This document shows positions 17,777-27,708 of a DNA stretch of 64,000 nucleotides, in pieces (within the stretch, counting starts at the first letter, position 1; each line of letters opens with the position of its first letter). The stretch is from positions 1 through 64,000 of IMG/VR virus record IMGVR_UViG_3300033149_004104. One strand, given 5' to 3'. The position numbers and the translations under genes are program-made. The notes beneath the pieces were generated by a model that was not told the origin of the DNA, did not search any database, and worked only from the letters and a program-made list of their open reading frames with translations. This DNA is from an uncultured virus (IMG/VR IMGVR_UViG_3300033149_004104) (lineage: Duplodnaviria; Heunggongvirae; Uroviricota; Caudoviricetes).

Positions 17777-19588
17777 ATGGCAAATAATAGCATAATTGAT
17801 AAGCTAAAAAGTATATTTAATATTTCCAGTGTAAAGACAAATAGTGGCAATCAGAAAAGGGTGCATCCAGGATATAGAGATGTTAAAACTGGGAAAATAA
17901 AACCGGTTAAGTTCCCCGACGACATATTACGTCTTTATGATTATTGGTTAAAGGATACATTTGAAACTTCATCTTCACTTAAAAATAGACTTGAAAGGTA
18001 TGCGGCTTTATCTTATGCTTATTATAATAACACTATTTTTTCAAAAGCTGTTAATCTTTATGCCGATGAAACTGTACAAAGTGATGTAAATGATGAAATA
18101 TTAAGCGTAGAGGCTGATAAAAAAGTAAAAAATTATATATATGATTTTCTAGATAAGTTGGGAGTTAGAGAAGGGCAGAAATTGTATGACGTGGCCCATA
18201 ATTTGGTATTATATGGCGACTCCTTTTGGATAAACTCAATTGATTATAGAAAAGGAAGCGGTTATACAGATAGTACTCCTGTAAATGTAGAGGATATATC
18301 AGATAGAATTGAATTTAATGCATCTAATGTAGCAAAAGATCAGAGAAGAAACAATAAGTTTCTTATTCATATTCAAAAAGATACTCGTCTTAATATTATT
18401 TATAAAATGCTGCAAGATACGAAAGAAAATAATGATTATTCTCAATTTTTTAAATCTTATCTATTTGGTTTTTGGTTATCAAATAAAGTTTATTTGCCTC
18501 CTTGGAATGTTAGCCATTTTAGAATGTTTACTACTATGAATGAATTTGCTCCTTTCGGTAGACCTGTTATGATTAATTGTTTAGGCCCATATAGACAACT
18601 TCAAGCCGGGAAAAATCTTATGGCATTAGCAAGACCTTATAATTTCCCAATCAAAAAATTTGAAGTAAAAGTAGATGAAAATATGGATCAAGGAGATATA
18701 TGGGAGGTTGTTGATGAAGCTAAAAGTGAGTATCACAACCTTGGTTATAGTGAAACTGATAAAGAACAGTTCGCTATGGGTGGTGAAGTGTGGCTTCCTC
18801 AAGGCCTTTTAAATATGGATAATATTGAAAGCAGAATGGATCTTGATGCTATTGCAGATATTGAAATGCTGCGAGATGATCTTATCATGGGTACGGATAT
18901 TCCCAAGGGGTATCTAATAGTAGATAGGGCGAGCTTTGGTACAAGTGGTCAGGCTTTATTACGACAACATAAACCATTTGCACGTTCAGTGTTTAAGATC
19001 CAAACAGTTATTCTGGAACAAATTTCACAATTAATCCGTTTACAATTTGTAATTAGTAATGATTTTGATTATGATACGCCTTTTGAATTAAGTATGCCGT
19101 TTCCTGAAGTTGAGGAGAGTAGTGATAGATTAAGGATGAAGAGTGATACGCTTAGACTTGCCAAGGACGTACTAGATAACATAGGGGATGCAATAGGTCT
19201 TGAACGAGGAGAGGCGCTGCCTCCCGATGTTGTAAAAGCAGTGTTTTCACAAATTTCATTTCTGAATGATGATGATATAATAAAATGGATTGACGATACA
19301 ATAAAAATGCAACAGCAAAAGCCTGATGAAGGAGAGGAGTCTAAAGACTATATGTTTGAAAGTAAAAAATTTGCAAATAGGAATAAGATACAGGAACGTT
19401 TGACTCCGAAAACAATACGTGAATGCTGGAATAAAGCTAGAAAAAATACAAGAATATATGAAAACATTAGTAACGACAGGCATCATTATAGCTCTTATAA
19501 TATGAACCCCGATCATAGATTACAATTGGAACTTTTATCAATTGATCCTAAAAAATTAAAGGAAAAATATGGTATTAATAAGGAATAA
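17777..19588 (+). CDS. Portal protein (T4 gp20-like)
   Basis: AVNLYADE, YGDSF, VSHFR...PFGRP, WLP, DIEMLRDDL...IPKGYL, FAR pattern; first gene of the head module. Confidence 0.85.
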   Translation: MANNSIIDKLKSIFNISSVKTNSGNQKRVHPGYRDVKTGKIKPVKFPDDILRLYDYWLKDTFETSSSLKNRLERYAALSYAYYNNTIFSKAVNLYADETVQSDVNDEILSVEADKKVKNYIYDFLDKLGVREGQKLYDVAHNLVLYGDSFWINSIDYRKGSGYTDSTPVNVEDISDRIEFNASNVAKDQRRNNKFLIHIQKDTRLNIIYKMLQDTKENNDYSQFFKSYLFGFWLSNKVYLPPWNVSHFRMFTTMNEFAPFGRPVMINCLGPYRQLQAGKNLMALARPYNFPIKKFEVKVDENMDQGDIWEVVDEAKSEYHNLGYSETDKEQFAMGGEVWLPQGLLNMDNIESRMDLDAIADIEMLRDDLIMGTDIPKGYLIVDRASFGTSGQALLRQHKPFARSVFKIQTVILEQISQLIRLQFVISNDFDYDTPFELSMPFPEVEESSDRLRMKSDTLRLAKDVLDNIGDAIGLERGEALPPDVVKAVFSQISFLNDDDIIKWIDDTIKMQQQKPDEGEESKDYMFESKKFANRNKIQERLTPKTIRECWNKARKNTRIYENISNDRHHYSSYNMNPDHRLQLELLSIDPKKLKEKYGINKE

Positions 19589-19659
19589 TTTTTAAATCTT
19601 TATACTAATATAATATATAAAGTATTTAATAGAGAAAAAACATTTTTAGGAGTTGAAAT

Positions 19660-20049
19660 ATGAGAGAACAAGATTACTTAGTAAGTACAAATGAATTCGC
19701 TTCATTAGATGAGCTTGCTGATGCTACCGTGAAATGGTTTCGGAGATATCGCCCTATGCATAGATTTGTAAATGCCTCTGCTAAATGGGCGAATAAAGAA
19801 AAAACCAAAGCGATTGTCTATTGTGGAGATAGCGGTCATGTGCATGAACTTGTTCTTAGAGAAAATCCTGAGATATCTTATGCTGACGCTACATTTTATG
19901 CCTGGTACCTAGTGAATGAAAGAGAAAAAGTAAGAAGAAAGAGAAATACAATTATTGAAATTCAAGAAAATATAGAAATTGATCAAGGAGATGAGATTAT
20001 CATCCTTGAAAAAGGTGATAAAATAAGAATTCTTGATAAAAATAGATAG
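19660..20049 (+). CDS. Hypothetical head-associated protein with C-terminal LEKGDKI module
   Basis: TACTAATAT at 19603; ends IEIQENIEIDQGDEIIILEKGDKIRIL. Confidence 0.65.
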   Translation: MREQDYLVSTNEFASLDELADATVKWFRRYRPMHRFVNASAKWANKEKTKAIVYCGDSGHVHELVLRENPEISYADATFYAWYLVNEREKVRRKRNTIIEIQENIEIDQGDEIIILEKGDKIRILDKNR

Positions 20050-20111
20050 TTTTCCCCTTTTAAAGGAGTTGTTTTGATAAAAAACAAATTAGTGAGAGGA
20101 TTAAATATACA

Positions 20112-21692
20112 ATGGAAACACGACAAAAGCTGGTTGAAAGTTATGTAGTTAATGGATCTAATTTAAAAAAGATTCCCTTAACCGAGTCCACTAAAATTAT
20201 AGAAAAAGATGGTAAAGAATATAAGTGTAGGGCGGCCTATGAATTGCCGGTGTGGCGGTTAGGAGAAAAGAATCTTAATGAACGTATCTACAGTAAAGAA
20301 CTAGCCGAGAAGCTTATAAAAGAAAATCCCGTTACCTTAGGGTTAGCTAATCATCCTGAAAATGAAGCTGATGTTACTTATACTTTTGCAGTAGAGCGGA
20401 ATCCGCATATCAAAGAAAATATTTTGTATGTAGATGCATATCTGGTAGGAGATAACGGGGAGTTGGCTAACGAGATTATCGAAGCGGGGGGAAATATTGG
20501 ACTTAGTTCTAGTGCGTATGGAGATGTTGATAGTGAGGGGAGAGTACAACTTGAGGGATTTGAAATTGAAAGATTTTGCGATTGGGTAGAGATGCCTTCT
20601 TATGGAGTATATGCTGGAAAAGAAAATGCTATCGGATCAGAAAAAAATAAGGAAAGTTTTTCAAATTCTAATACTAATATAATAATAGAAAAAGAAGAAA
20701 AAGGTAAAAAGGAGAATAAAAATATGAGTACTGAAAATAAAGAAACTTCTAAAACTAAGAGCTTAGAAGAAAAGAATCTTAGATTAGGAGTAAGAAACCT
20801 TTTTAAAGAAGCTGAAAACAAGGAATCACTTCAAGAGAAACTCGAAGTTTATAAAGAGGTTATTGACTATTGTGGTGATTCAGAATTTGGTGAAGATTAT
20901 GTAAAGAAAGCGGCTGAAAAAATTGAAGAAATTCAACAGGAATTATATGAGTTAGCAGATAAAGGAAAGGAAGTTGATGAACTTAAAGAGAACTCCGAAA
21001 AAACTCATAAAGAATTAGAAGAGAAAGTAGAAACCCTTGAAAAGGAAAAATCAGATCTTCAAGAACAGTATGAAATGGCAACACAGCTTCTTGATGATAT
21101 GAAAACAAGAGAATCAAAAATTAAAGAAATGTATGAAATGGCAATAGCAGAGAAGAACGGAATGGTTTCTGCTGAGGAGTATCAAGAATTGGCGGTATAT
21201 TTAAAAGGTAAAGAGGAGAAATTGGAAGAATTACTTGAGGAAAATAGAAGATTGAAGAAAAGAATAAGATTTTATATGCAGGAAACGATGAATCGTAATC
21301 GTGTGAAAGAAGTAAACGGAGATGAAAAAGAAGACGAGGATGAAGAAGATGAGGAAAGAGAGGAAGATAAAGATAAGAAAAAAGAATCTTCATTTGTAAG
21401 AAAAAGTAACAGAGAAGCTGACTATCGTTTTGTAAGAGATAATAAACAGGTAAGAGATTATTATGAGGATCTCTTGCTTGAAAATCCTAATGTGGAAAAA
21501 ATTAAAGAAGAAATTCTTGGATGTGGTACCCTTTTTGAAGCACAGAAAAAGTATCTTAATTTAAAAGATTTGGTAGAGGATATTCCTAATCCAAATTCGA
21601 TTAAAAGGTTGAGAATGAGCAATATTGAAGAGGAAGATAAGCAATTAAAAAATAGAAAAACGAGACTTACAATAAGAGAGGGGTGGGTATAA
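20112..21692 (+). CDS. Prohead protease (gp21-like) fused to a coiled-coil scaffold
   Basis: NLNERIY, NHP, IGLSSSAYG, DWVEMPS protease motifs, then an E/K-rich coiled coil. Confidence 0.82.
   Translation: METRQKLVESYVVNGSNLKKIPLTESTKIIEKDGKEYKCRAAYELPVWRLGEKNLNERIYSKELAEKLIKENPVTLGLANHPENEADVTYTFAVERNPHIKENILYVDAYLVGDNGELANEIIEAGGNIGLSSSAYGDVDSEGRVQLEGFEIERFCDWVEMPSYGVYAGKENAIGSEKNKESFSNSNTNIIIEKEEKGKKENKNMSTENKETSKTKSLEEKNLRLGVRNLFKEAENKESLQEKLEVYKEVIDYCGDSEFGEDYVKKAAEKIEEIQQELYELADKGKEVDELKENSEKTHKELEEKVETLEKEKSDLQEQYEMATQLLDDMKTRESKIKEMYEMAIAEKNGMVSAEEYQELAVYLKGKEEKLEELLEENRRLKKRIRFYMQETMNRNRVKEVNGDEKEDEDEEDEEREEDKDKKKESSFVRKSNREADYRFVRDNKQVRDYYEDLLLENPNVEKIKEEILGCGTLFEAQKKYLNLKDLVEDIPNPNSIKRLRMSNIEEEDKQLKNRKTRLTIREGWV
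20724..21692 (+). CDS. Nested in-frame scaffold protein (internal start Met205)
   Basis: TACTAATAT at 20672, AAGGAG at about 20709, in-frame ATG at 20724 at the protease/coiled-coil boundary. Confidence 0.6.
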   Translation: MSTENKETSKTKSLEEKNLRLGVRNLFKEAENKESLQEKLEVYKEVIDYCGDSEFGEDYVKKAAEKIEEIQQELYELADKGKEVDELKENSEKTHKELEEKVETLEKEKSDLQEQYEMATQLLDDMKTRESKIKEMYEMAIAEKNGMVSAEEYQELAVYLKGKEEKLEELLEENRRLKKRIRFYMQETMNRNRVKEVNGDEKEDEDEEDEEREEDKDKKKESSFVRKSNREADYRFVRDNKQVRDYYEDLLLENPNVEKIKEEILGCGTLFEAQKKYLNLKDLVEDIPNPNSIKRLRMSNIEEEDKQLKNRKTRLTIREGWV

Positions 21693-21706
21693 GCATGGAG
21701 ATAAAA

Positions 21707-22147
21707 ATGAAAGAAAAAGATAAGATTGATTTTGAGCAGGAAGTAATTGATGCATACTATGATTACAAAGAATATGAAGATTTAGAACGGGAAGATGCTA
21801 TTATAGCTACTGCCAGACTTTTATTGATGAAGCCGAGCGATGTAGAAAAGATTCTTATTAAGAATAAAATATATGAAGACAAAAGAATCAGGGCAAAAAA
21901 GAAGAAAAGCCGACTTAAAAAAGTTTTGAATGAAGTATCAGATTTCCATGATTTTAAATCAAGAGTGTGGATAGAAGGTAAAAAATCTTTAGATTATTAT
22001 GGAGATCTGGGAGACGTTTTAGAAGAAATTTTTAGAGACTTTACAGAAGAGGAAATTCGAAACAGTAGAAAAGAATGGGCTATTCTTTTTAGAGGAAGTG
22101 TAGTGGCATATATAGACTTTGAAGAAGTGCTAGATGCACTTGAATAA
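21707..22147 (+). CDS. Hypothetical head-region protein
   Basis: ORF between scaffold and capsid genes, GGAG RBS. Confidence 0.6.
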   Translation: MKEKDKIDFEQEVIDAYYDYKEYEDLEREDAIIATARLLLMKPSDVEKILIKNKIYEDKRIRAKKKKSRLKKVLNEVSDFHDFKSRVWIEGKKSLDYYGDLGDVLEEIFRDFTEEEIRNSRKEWAILFRGSVVAYIDFEEVLDALE

Positions 22148-22252
22148 TTAGAGAAATTAAATTATAAAAAATGAAACGAAAAAATTATACTTTTAATTTT
22201 TATTTACTAATACAATATATAGAGAAGAGAATAAAAGAAGGAGAATAAAAGT

Positions 22253-22567
22253 ATGAGTATGGTAACAACTTCTGTAACAAACGGTGTTTCAATGGGATAT
22301 GTCCATACGGTAACTGCTGCCGATGCAGCGAGTGGCGAAATTATATTTGATTTTCAGACAGATTATAACTTAGCTGCTGTGTTTATGGTAACAAATCCCG
22401 GAACAAGCGATCCTAATCAAAGTGCTCCAGTAGTTGATCTTGGCGATGCTGAAATATCTTACCCTGACGTGGGGCAGGTTAAGATTGCTAATGGTGATTC
22501 TACATTTACATTAACTGCTGGATATATGATTCATGTAATAGCTCAAAGACGGTCAAGTGCTGAATAA
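22253..22567 (+). CDS. Putative virion structural (decoration-like) protein
   Basis: Small, T/A/G/S-rich, beta-type composition; TACTAATAC and AAGGAG upstream. Confidence 0.5.
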   Translation: MSMVTTSVTNGVSMGYVHTVTAADAASGEIIFDFQTDYNLAAVFMVTNPGTSDPNQSAPVVDLGDAEISYPDVGQVKIANGDSTFTLTAGYMIHVIAQRRSSAE

Positions 22568-22582
22568 AAAGGAGGGAGATAA

Positions 22583-23200
22583 ATGAAAGCAATAAAAAGA
22601 AAAAACGGCACACATGATACTTTTAAAGCTAAAAGAAAATCTATAATTATCGAAATTGATAAACCGGTTCGTATTCCTGATACTGATATCATTCTCACGA
22701 AAGGGGATAAAATAGAAGTACTTCATGAGGGGGTAGAACAAAGTATTTCTATTACAAATGATTGCACCAAAGGAACACTTAGTGTATATGAAAATGACGA
22801 TGGGGGTCAGTTTGTATCGGGGAATATTGAAATATTTAATTGTCCAAGTGGGGGAAAAATTACCGCTGATGTAGTAAAAAAAGTCCTTGATTCGGTAGTT
22901 AGTGGATTGAAACTTCAAGCACCTGAATTTGAACTAGTTAGTGAAAAAAGAAATAATAATAACAGATCGGTTAAAGAATCAATTAGGGGAGATTACATAT
23001 CATTTGATTATGCCGGGCATTCTTGGCTCTGGCCTGTTGAAGTAGATAAATATGGAGATATAGAACTTTCTCTTAATACAATTTCAAGTGAAGATGATTC
23101 GAGTGTTGTCTTGTCAGCAGATGATGTTATTGAATTGACTGACGAATATATTTATTTTGACGATGGAACAAATGTTCCTTATACTCTTGTAAATTTATAA
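22583..23200 (+). CDS. Hypothetical head-region protein with N-terminal LTKGDKI module
   Basis: IEIDKPVRIPDTDIILTKGDKIEVLHE; strong GGAGG RBS. Confidence 0.65.
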   Translation: MKAIKRKNGTHDTFKAKRKSIIIEIDKPVRIPDTDIILTKGDKIEVLHEGVEQSISITNDCTKGTLSVYENDDGGQFVSGNIEIFNCPSGGKITADVVKKVLDSVVSGLKLQAPEFELVSEKRNNNNRSVKESIRGDYISFDYAGHSWLWPVEVDKYGDIELSLNTISSEDDSSVVLSADDVIELTDEYIYFDDGTNVPYTLVNL

Positions 23201-23231
23201 AATTATAAAAAAAAACTTTTTAGAAAATTGT

Positions 23232-23240
23232 TACTAATAT
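23232..23240 (+). promoter_or_regulatory. Putative late promoter upstream of the major capsid gene
   Basis: TACTAATAT. Confidence 0.7.
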
Positions 23241-23379
23241 AATGTGGAGGATTAAAAATAATTCTTCACTTAACTATTTTCTTTTAAAAATAAAAGAAAA
23301 TATAGAACTGTTTCTTTCAAATAAACGTTCAAAGTAAAAATTAAAAATCTCAAAAAAAGAAAGAAGAGGAGAAATTATT

Positions 23380-24819
23380 ATGCGTAGGCAAATGAAGGAA
23401 GCCTTTCTCCGGGAGGAGCGAACTGTAGCACTTTCTGAAAGGAAAAGGCATGCAGATAGGCTCTTTGAGAAATGGCAGAAAAAAGCAGATATAGGCAAGA
23501 ATATGGACAAGCTTATGGATACAAATCCAGAGAAAGCCCGTAACTTAGCCATTATTCTTGAGAATCAGGAGAATCACCTTAAAGCTCTTACTGAGACTCA
23601 AATCAGTAATGACTTTCAAACAACTCCTGAAAACGTACTAAGAATTGTACGTCTTGGATATCCGAACAGTATACGTGGAGAGATCTTTTTTGATTATCCT
23701 ATGATTACTGCTCGTGATTCGATTTATTACCTTAGACCGGTATATTCTTCAACTGCAAGAGGTGCTACCGCTGGTACTGTAACTCACGAGTCTAGCGCTT
23801 GGAGATATGCAAATGAAGCTCAGGAGCAGATAATTGACCCTTCTGCGGAAGACTCCGATACTGATTATAGCGCTACTCTTAGCGGTTATCCTGTACGTCC
23901 TTATACCGTTATCGTAATGATAGACGATAAGCCAGTTGGTTCTGATGATGGTAGCGGGAATATAACTGGAAGCGGACTTAATCCTGCACTTACAAATAGT
24001 ATTACCTATTCCACCGGAGCAATTACGTTGAACTTTACCCCTTCTGCTATTACAGGCGGTGAGGAGATCAAGGTGTACTACAGAACTGATACAGAAGATG
24101 AGACTAATGGAAGGGATTATATTAAATCTGTTGAGCTTCAGTTAACTGATTATCAGTTTAGAGCGCATCCTTATCCTTTATACGTAAGCTGGACTAAGAT
24201 GGCAGAGCTTCTTCTTGGAACTACTCTTGATATCGATGCTGAAGAGGCGTTGATAGCAGGGGCTGGTGACGAATTGAAGAAAACATTGGACTTTATGGCT
24301 GTTAAGTTCGGATATAGGTACAGCGAGCAGAATGCTATAACTACATTTAATGCTGATTGGGCAACTGGAGGTGCAGATAGCGAAAAAGCTCATGCGCAGT
24401 CTCTTACTAAAGTTGCAAAACAAGCTGCTAACCAGATTTATTCTGAATTACAGCGCGGTGGGATTAGTGCATGGGTAGTTGGAAATGATGCATCGGCATT
24501 CCTGACTTTACACGATCAGTATACCTCTGATGGTGCACAACCTGAAATAGGTATTTATAGAGTAGGTACATGGATGGGGAAGCCGGTTTATCAAGCACCT
24601 ACAGATGTTATTCCTACCAATGAAATGCTTGGTGTTTGGAGGAATCCAAATGCTGATGGTGGGGACTACAGTATAATCTTCGGAACACTGATACCGTTGT
24701 ACCAGACACAGGTTTTAGAATATAAGGAAGGATATAGCGAAACCGGTCTTTTCCATTATGGAGATTGGAAAGCTATTAATCCTAAGTATCTAACTAGAGT
24801 TCAACTTCAAAATTTATAA
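23380..24819 (+). CDS. Major capsid protein (T4 gp23-like)
   Basis: LAIILENQ..L.E propeptide, VLRIVR..YPN, PM....IYYL; 479 aa; followed by a strong terminator. Confidence 0.88.
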   Translation: MRRQMKEAFLREERTVALSERKRHADRLFEKWQKKADIGKNMDKLMDTNPEKARNLAIILENQENHLKALTETQISNDFQTTPENVLRIVRLGYPNSIRGEIFFDYPMITARDSIYYLRPVYSSTARGATAGTVTHESSAWRYANEAQEQIIDPSAEDSDTDYSATLSGYPVRPYTVIVMIDDKPVGSDDGSGNITGSGLNPALTNSITYSTGAITLNFTPSAITGGEEIKVYYRTDTEDETNGRDYIKSVELQLTDYQFRAHPYPLYVSWTKMAELLLGTTLDIDAEEALIAGAGDELKKTLDFMAVKFGYRYSEQNAITTFNADWATGGADSEKAHAQSLTKVAKQAANQIYSELQRGGISAWVVGNDASAFLTLHDQYTSDGAQPEIGIYRVGTWMGKPVYQAPTDVIPTNEMLGVWRNPNADGGDYSIIFGTLIPLYQTQVLEYKEGYSETGLFHYGDWKAINPKYLTRVQLQNL

Positions 24820-24850
24820 AAGTTTAAAGCTTATTTGGGCACTCCTTAAT

Positions 24851-24886
24851 AAAGCCTGTTCATTCGATTGGACAGGCTTTTTTTTT
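24851..24886 (+). terminator. Rho-independent terminator after the capsid gene
   Basis: AAAGCCTGTTCA/TGGACAGGCTTT stem followed by a T-run. Confidence 0.85.
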
Positions 24887-25082
24887 ATTTTTTTTAAATT
24901 TTTAAGAAAAATTTCTTATATTAATATAAGGAGCTAATAAAATGAAGAATAAAAAAGAATGGCTTAACGAAGAAAATTTATATAACGATTTAAAATTTAT
25001 ATTATAGTATATCATATATTATTAACTCTCATATTTATAATGAATGTAAGAAAATATAAATTAAAGAAAGGATATATTAAAA

Positions 25083-25622
25083 ATGATACCGATAAAAGAT
25101 AAAGATAATAAAATCAAAAATATAAATCCCGATCGAGTTAAATGGTTTGGAACAGAAGTAAAGAGAGTATATAAAAAAGACGGAGATTTTAAACGGTTTG
25201 AATCACTCACATGGATTCAAACTTATAAAGGTGATAGATTTTACACCGATTTAAGTATTGGAAAATTAAAGAAACAGTTTAAATTCTTTCAAAGTGATAA
25301 AAAAGTTATTAAAGAATTAAAAAAAGGAAAGTTTGTGAAAGCGATTGAGTGGTGTTGTGAAACAGTAAAAGAGAGAGGAACAAAAATTCGAAATGATGAA
25401 ATGAAACAAATACTTGAATCAATACGCCGGCATAGACCTTTCACATTAGATGGTAAATATCTATATTATTATATAGATGGAAGAGTATTTAAGGACTCTA
25501 GAAATGGGCGGCTGGTTTATGTAGATATTAAGAAAAATATACTTGTTAATGTGAATATAGATGGTAAACTCACCGCTAACAAAATAGAAGAGTGGATAAT
25601 TAAATATAACAGTAAAAAATAA
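25083..25622 (+). CDS. Hypothetical basic protein
   Basis: 179-aa ORF, AAGGA RBS. Confidence 0.6.
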   Translation: MIPIKDKDNKIKNINPDRVKWFGTEVKRVYKKDGDFKRFESLTWIQTYKGDRFYTDLSIGKLKKQFKFFQSDKKVIKELKKGKFVKAIEWCCETVKERGTKIRNDEMKQILESIRRHRPFTLDGKYLYYYIDGRVFKDSRNGRLVYVDIKKNILVNVNIDGKLTANKIEEWIIKYNSKK

Positions 25623-25660
25623 CTCCTTTAATACTAATATAGTAAAGGAGTTTGTTAAAT

Positions 25661-26395
25661 ATGGCCATACTTTCAATTCCCGATAATATTTATGAAAGAA
25701 TTTTAACTTGTATTGGGTATCCGATTATAAGTGAATCGGATATGGGGCTTACTAAAGATCAGATTTTAGACTTACTTATTCTCCCCCCTTTAAAAAATGT
25801 TTACTATAAATGGTTTCCAATACTTGAGAGAGAGGATTATAGCACTTCTGCTTCTTTTGAAATAGATTTTCCAGATGAACAAACCTTTGGGGTAGTTGAT
25901 ATTCGTCTTGTATGGCAAGGAGTTGGAGGAGCGGGTAGAACGGGTAATCCGCTTCTTGACCAATTTAATATCAGAATAAAAGGGCAAACTCGTAATAAAT
26001 GGAATACAGGAAACGATTACGGGTATACTCAAGTTTATTACGCTGAACAGGCGTATAGCAGAGCAAGAATTCAAAATGTTAAAGCTTTAAAACAATGGGT
26101 AGATTATACAAATAGAAAAGTGAAGGGGTATACGAATGCTATCGGAAAAATATCTATTACCTGGGCTAAATGGGCAAATGATTGGAGCGGTGTACAATTC
26201 AAATTTGAAGAAGATGTTATCAAACTTTGTCAATCTTATGTACTTGGATATTTTGGAAGATTATTAAATCAAGGAACCGGTGATTTACCGACTGAGCTTA
26301 CTGGAGATGATATGATAAGCAGGAGTGAAGATTTAGAAGAACAAATTATAGAAAAATTTAAACAATATAGCAAGGTTGTTATTTTGAGAGGATAG
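25661..26395 (+). CDS. Neck / head-tail adaptor protein (gp13-like)
   Basis: TACTAATAT at 25632, AAGGAG RBS; N-terminal ILTCIGYP, C-terminal GDDMISRSEDLEEQII; position after capsid. Confidence 0.6.
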   Translation: MAILSIPDNIYERILTCIGYPIISESDMGLTKDQILDLLILPPLKNVYYKWFPILEREDYSTSASFEIDFPDEQTFGVVDIRLVWQGVGGAGRTGNPLLDQFNIRIKGQTRNKWNTGNDYGYTQVYYAEQAYSRARIQNVKALKQWVDYTNRKVKGYTNAIGKISITWAKWANDWSGVQFKFEEDVIKLCQSYVLGYFGRLLNQGTGDLPTELTGDDMISRSEDLEEQIIEKFKQYSKVVILRG

Positions 26396-26471
26396 TGTGA
26401 TAAGAATACTTGAAGTTAAGACAAACAGAGTAATTTTAAATTATTAAAATTAGAGAAAAAAGTTAGTTGAT

Positions 26472-27170
26472 ATGGGAGATTATACTATTAAAGAAGTACT
26501 TCAAATTACAGATAAATATTATCCAAATAGATTTACATATAAAGAACGTGATGTAGTAAAACGTATTGTTATAAAAGAAGTGAAAGAAGTACAACGACAT
26601 GATATTCCTGGAGGCCCGAGAGTATATACGAAATATGTTATTGAAAGCAAATCATGGCCACAGTATTATCCTTATTTTACTAGAACAGATAGCAGAGGTA
26701 GACGTAGACGCTATCAAAGAAGTGTAGCTCATTATTATGATGTAATATTCGAAACGGATAGATTGAGCTTAAATACTAAGAAATGGGTGGGTAGAGTTGG
26801 CAGTGGAAAAAAGTGGAATGCTAGACCGCCACAATCGCAAATAAAAAGTTTATATCCTGAAACAAGGGAAAAATTTAGAAGAAGGGCTAGAGGTAATCAA
26901 CAAGAATATAAGAGACTTGTAGAAAGACATAAAAGAAGTGCACCGTATCTTGATGTAGGCGATTATAATAGTAGAGTAAATGGAATTATGGGGGATTTTT
27001 GTTTTAGACAAGCTTGGGCATATTACACTCATGGCCATCTATTTGGAAGACAATATTATGGTAACGTACCTTCTTCAATTACAAATCCTAACGCTATTGT
27101 TTTTTTCGATAAACATCAATTAAATGTAATTGACCAACTTATGAGAAGAGGGATCTTAAAAGATGATTAA
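26472..27170 (+). CDS. Hypothetical basic late protein
   Basis: 232-aa ORF with C-terminal DFCFR...ITNP...DKH. Confidence 0.6.
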   Translation: MGDYTIKEVLQITDKYYPNRFTYKERDVVKRIVIKEVKEVQRHDIPGGPRVYTKYVIESKSWPQYYPYFTRTDSRGRRRRYQRSVAHYYDVIFETDRLSLNTKKWVGRVGSGKKWNARPPQSQIKSLYPETREKFRRRARGNQQEYKRLVERHKRSAPYLDVGDYNSRVNGIMGDFCFRQAWAYYTHGHLFGRQYYGNVPSSITNPNAIVFFDKHQLNVIDQLMRRGILKDD

Positions 27171-27675
27171 GATTATAAATTTTAAAGAAAAGATTTATGG
27201 AAATATGGCAATAGTTTTCCATAGAACTAGCGTTTCAGATTTAGTAAATAAAGTTTTTACAAGTGGATTTAAACCTGGTACAGGAGATAAATATGGAAGA
27301 GGATTTTATGCTACTTATGAACTTGAGTCACAAGAGCGACCAGAAATGAAGAAATATGGAACCTGGAAAAATGGAACTTGGAGAAATGGAGTCTGAAAAG
27401 ACGGAACCTGGAAAAAAGGAATCTGGAAAGATGGGATTTGGGAAGACGGAGCTTGGGAAGGCGGGCAATGGGAAAAAGGAGTTTGGAAAAAAGGTACCTG
27501 GGAAAATGGGATTTGGGAGTATGGAACTTGGGAAAATGGAGATTGGAAAGATGGAATTTGGGAAAGTGGGGTGTGGAAAGGTGGAAAGATATGGAACCCT
27601 CAAACAAAAAAATATCAGTATAGTGACAAAAACCCTTATGATTGCGAATGGAGCTTGAGTTATTATAAAAGATAA
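27163..27675 (+). pseudogene. Truncated ADP-ribosyltransferase-like N-terminus fused to GxWxx repeats, interrupted by one in-frame TGA
   Basis: FHRT...GFKPG..KYGRGFYAT; TGA at 27394-27396 occupies a Trp position; the same frame continues to KNPYDCEWSLSYYKR and stop at 27675. Confidence 0.7.
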
Positions 27676-27708
27676 TAATATTTATGACATAAGGAGGGAG
27701 AGTAAAAC

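Noticed and set aside
26397..26447. 16-codon ORF MIRILEVKTNRVILNY resembling the MIKI...E leader
   Set aside because: Too short to distinguish from chance; it could be another gene relic but this is unsupported.
27394..27396. TGA at a Trp position as evidence of stop-codon reassignment
   Set aside because: It is a single case among hundreds of TGG codons, and TGA ends genes normally (for example 4802-4804, and the ATGA overlaps at 17226 and 59555). A point mutation or read error is more likely.
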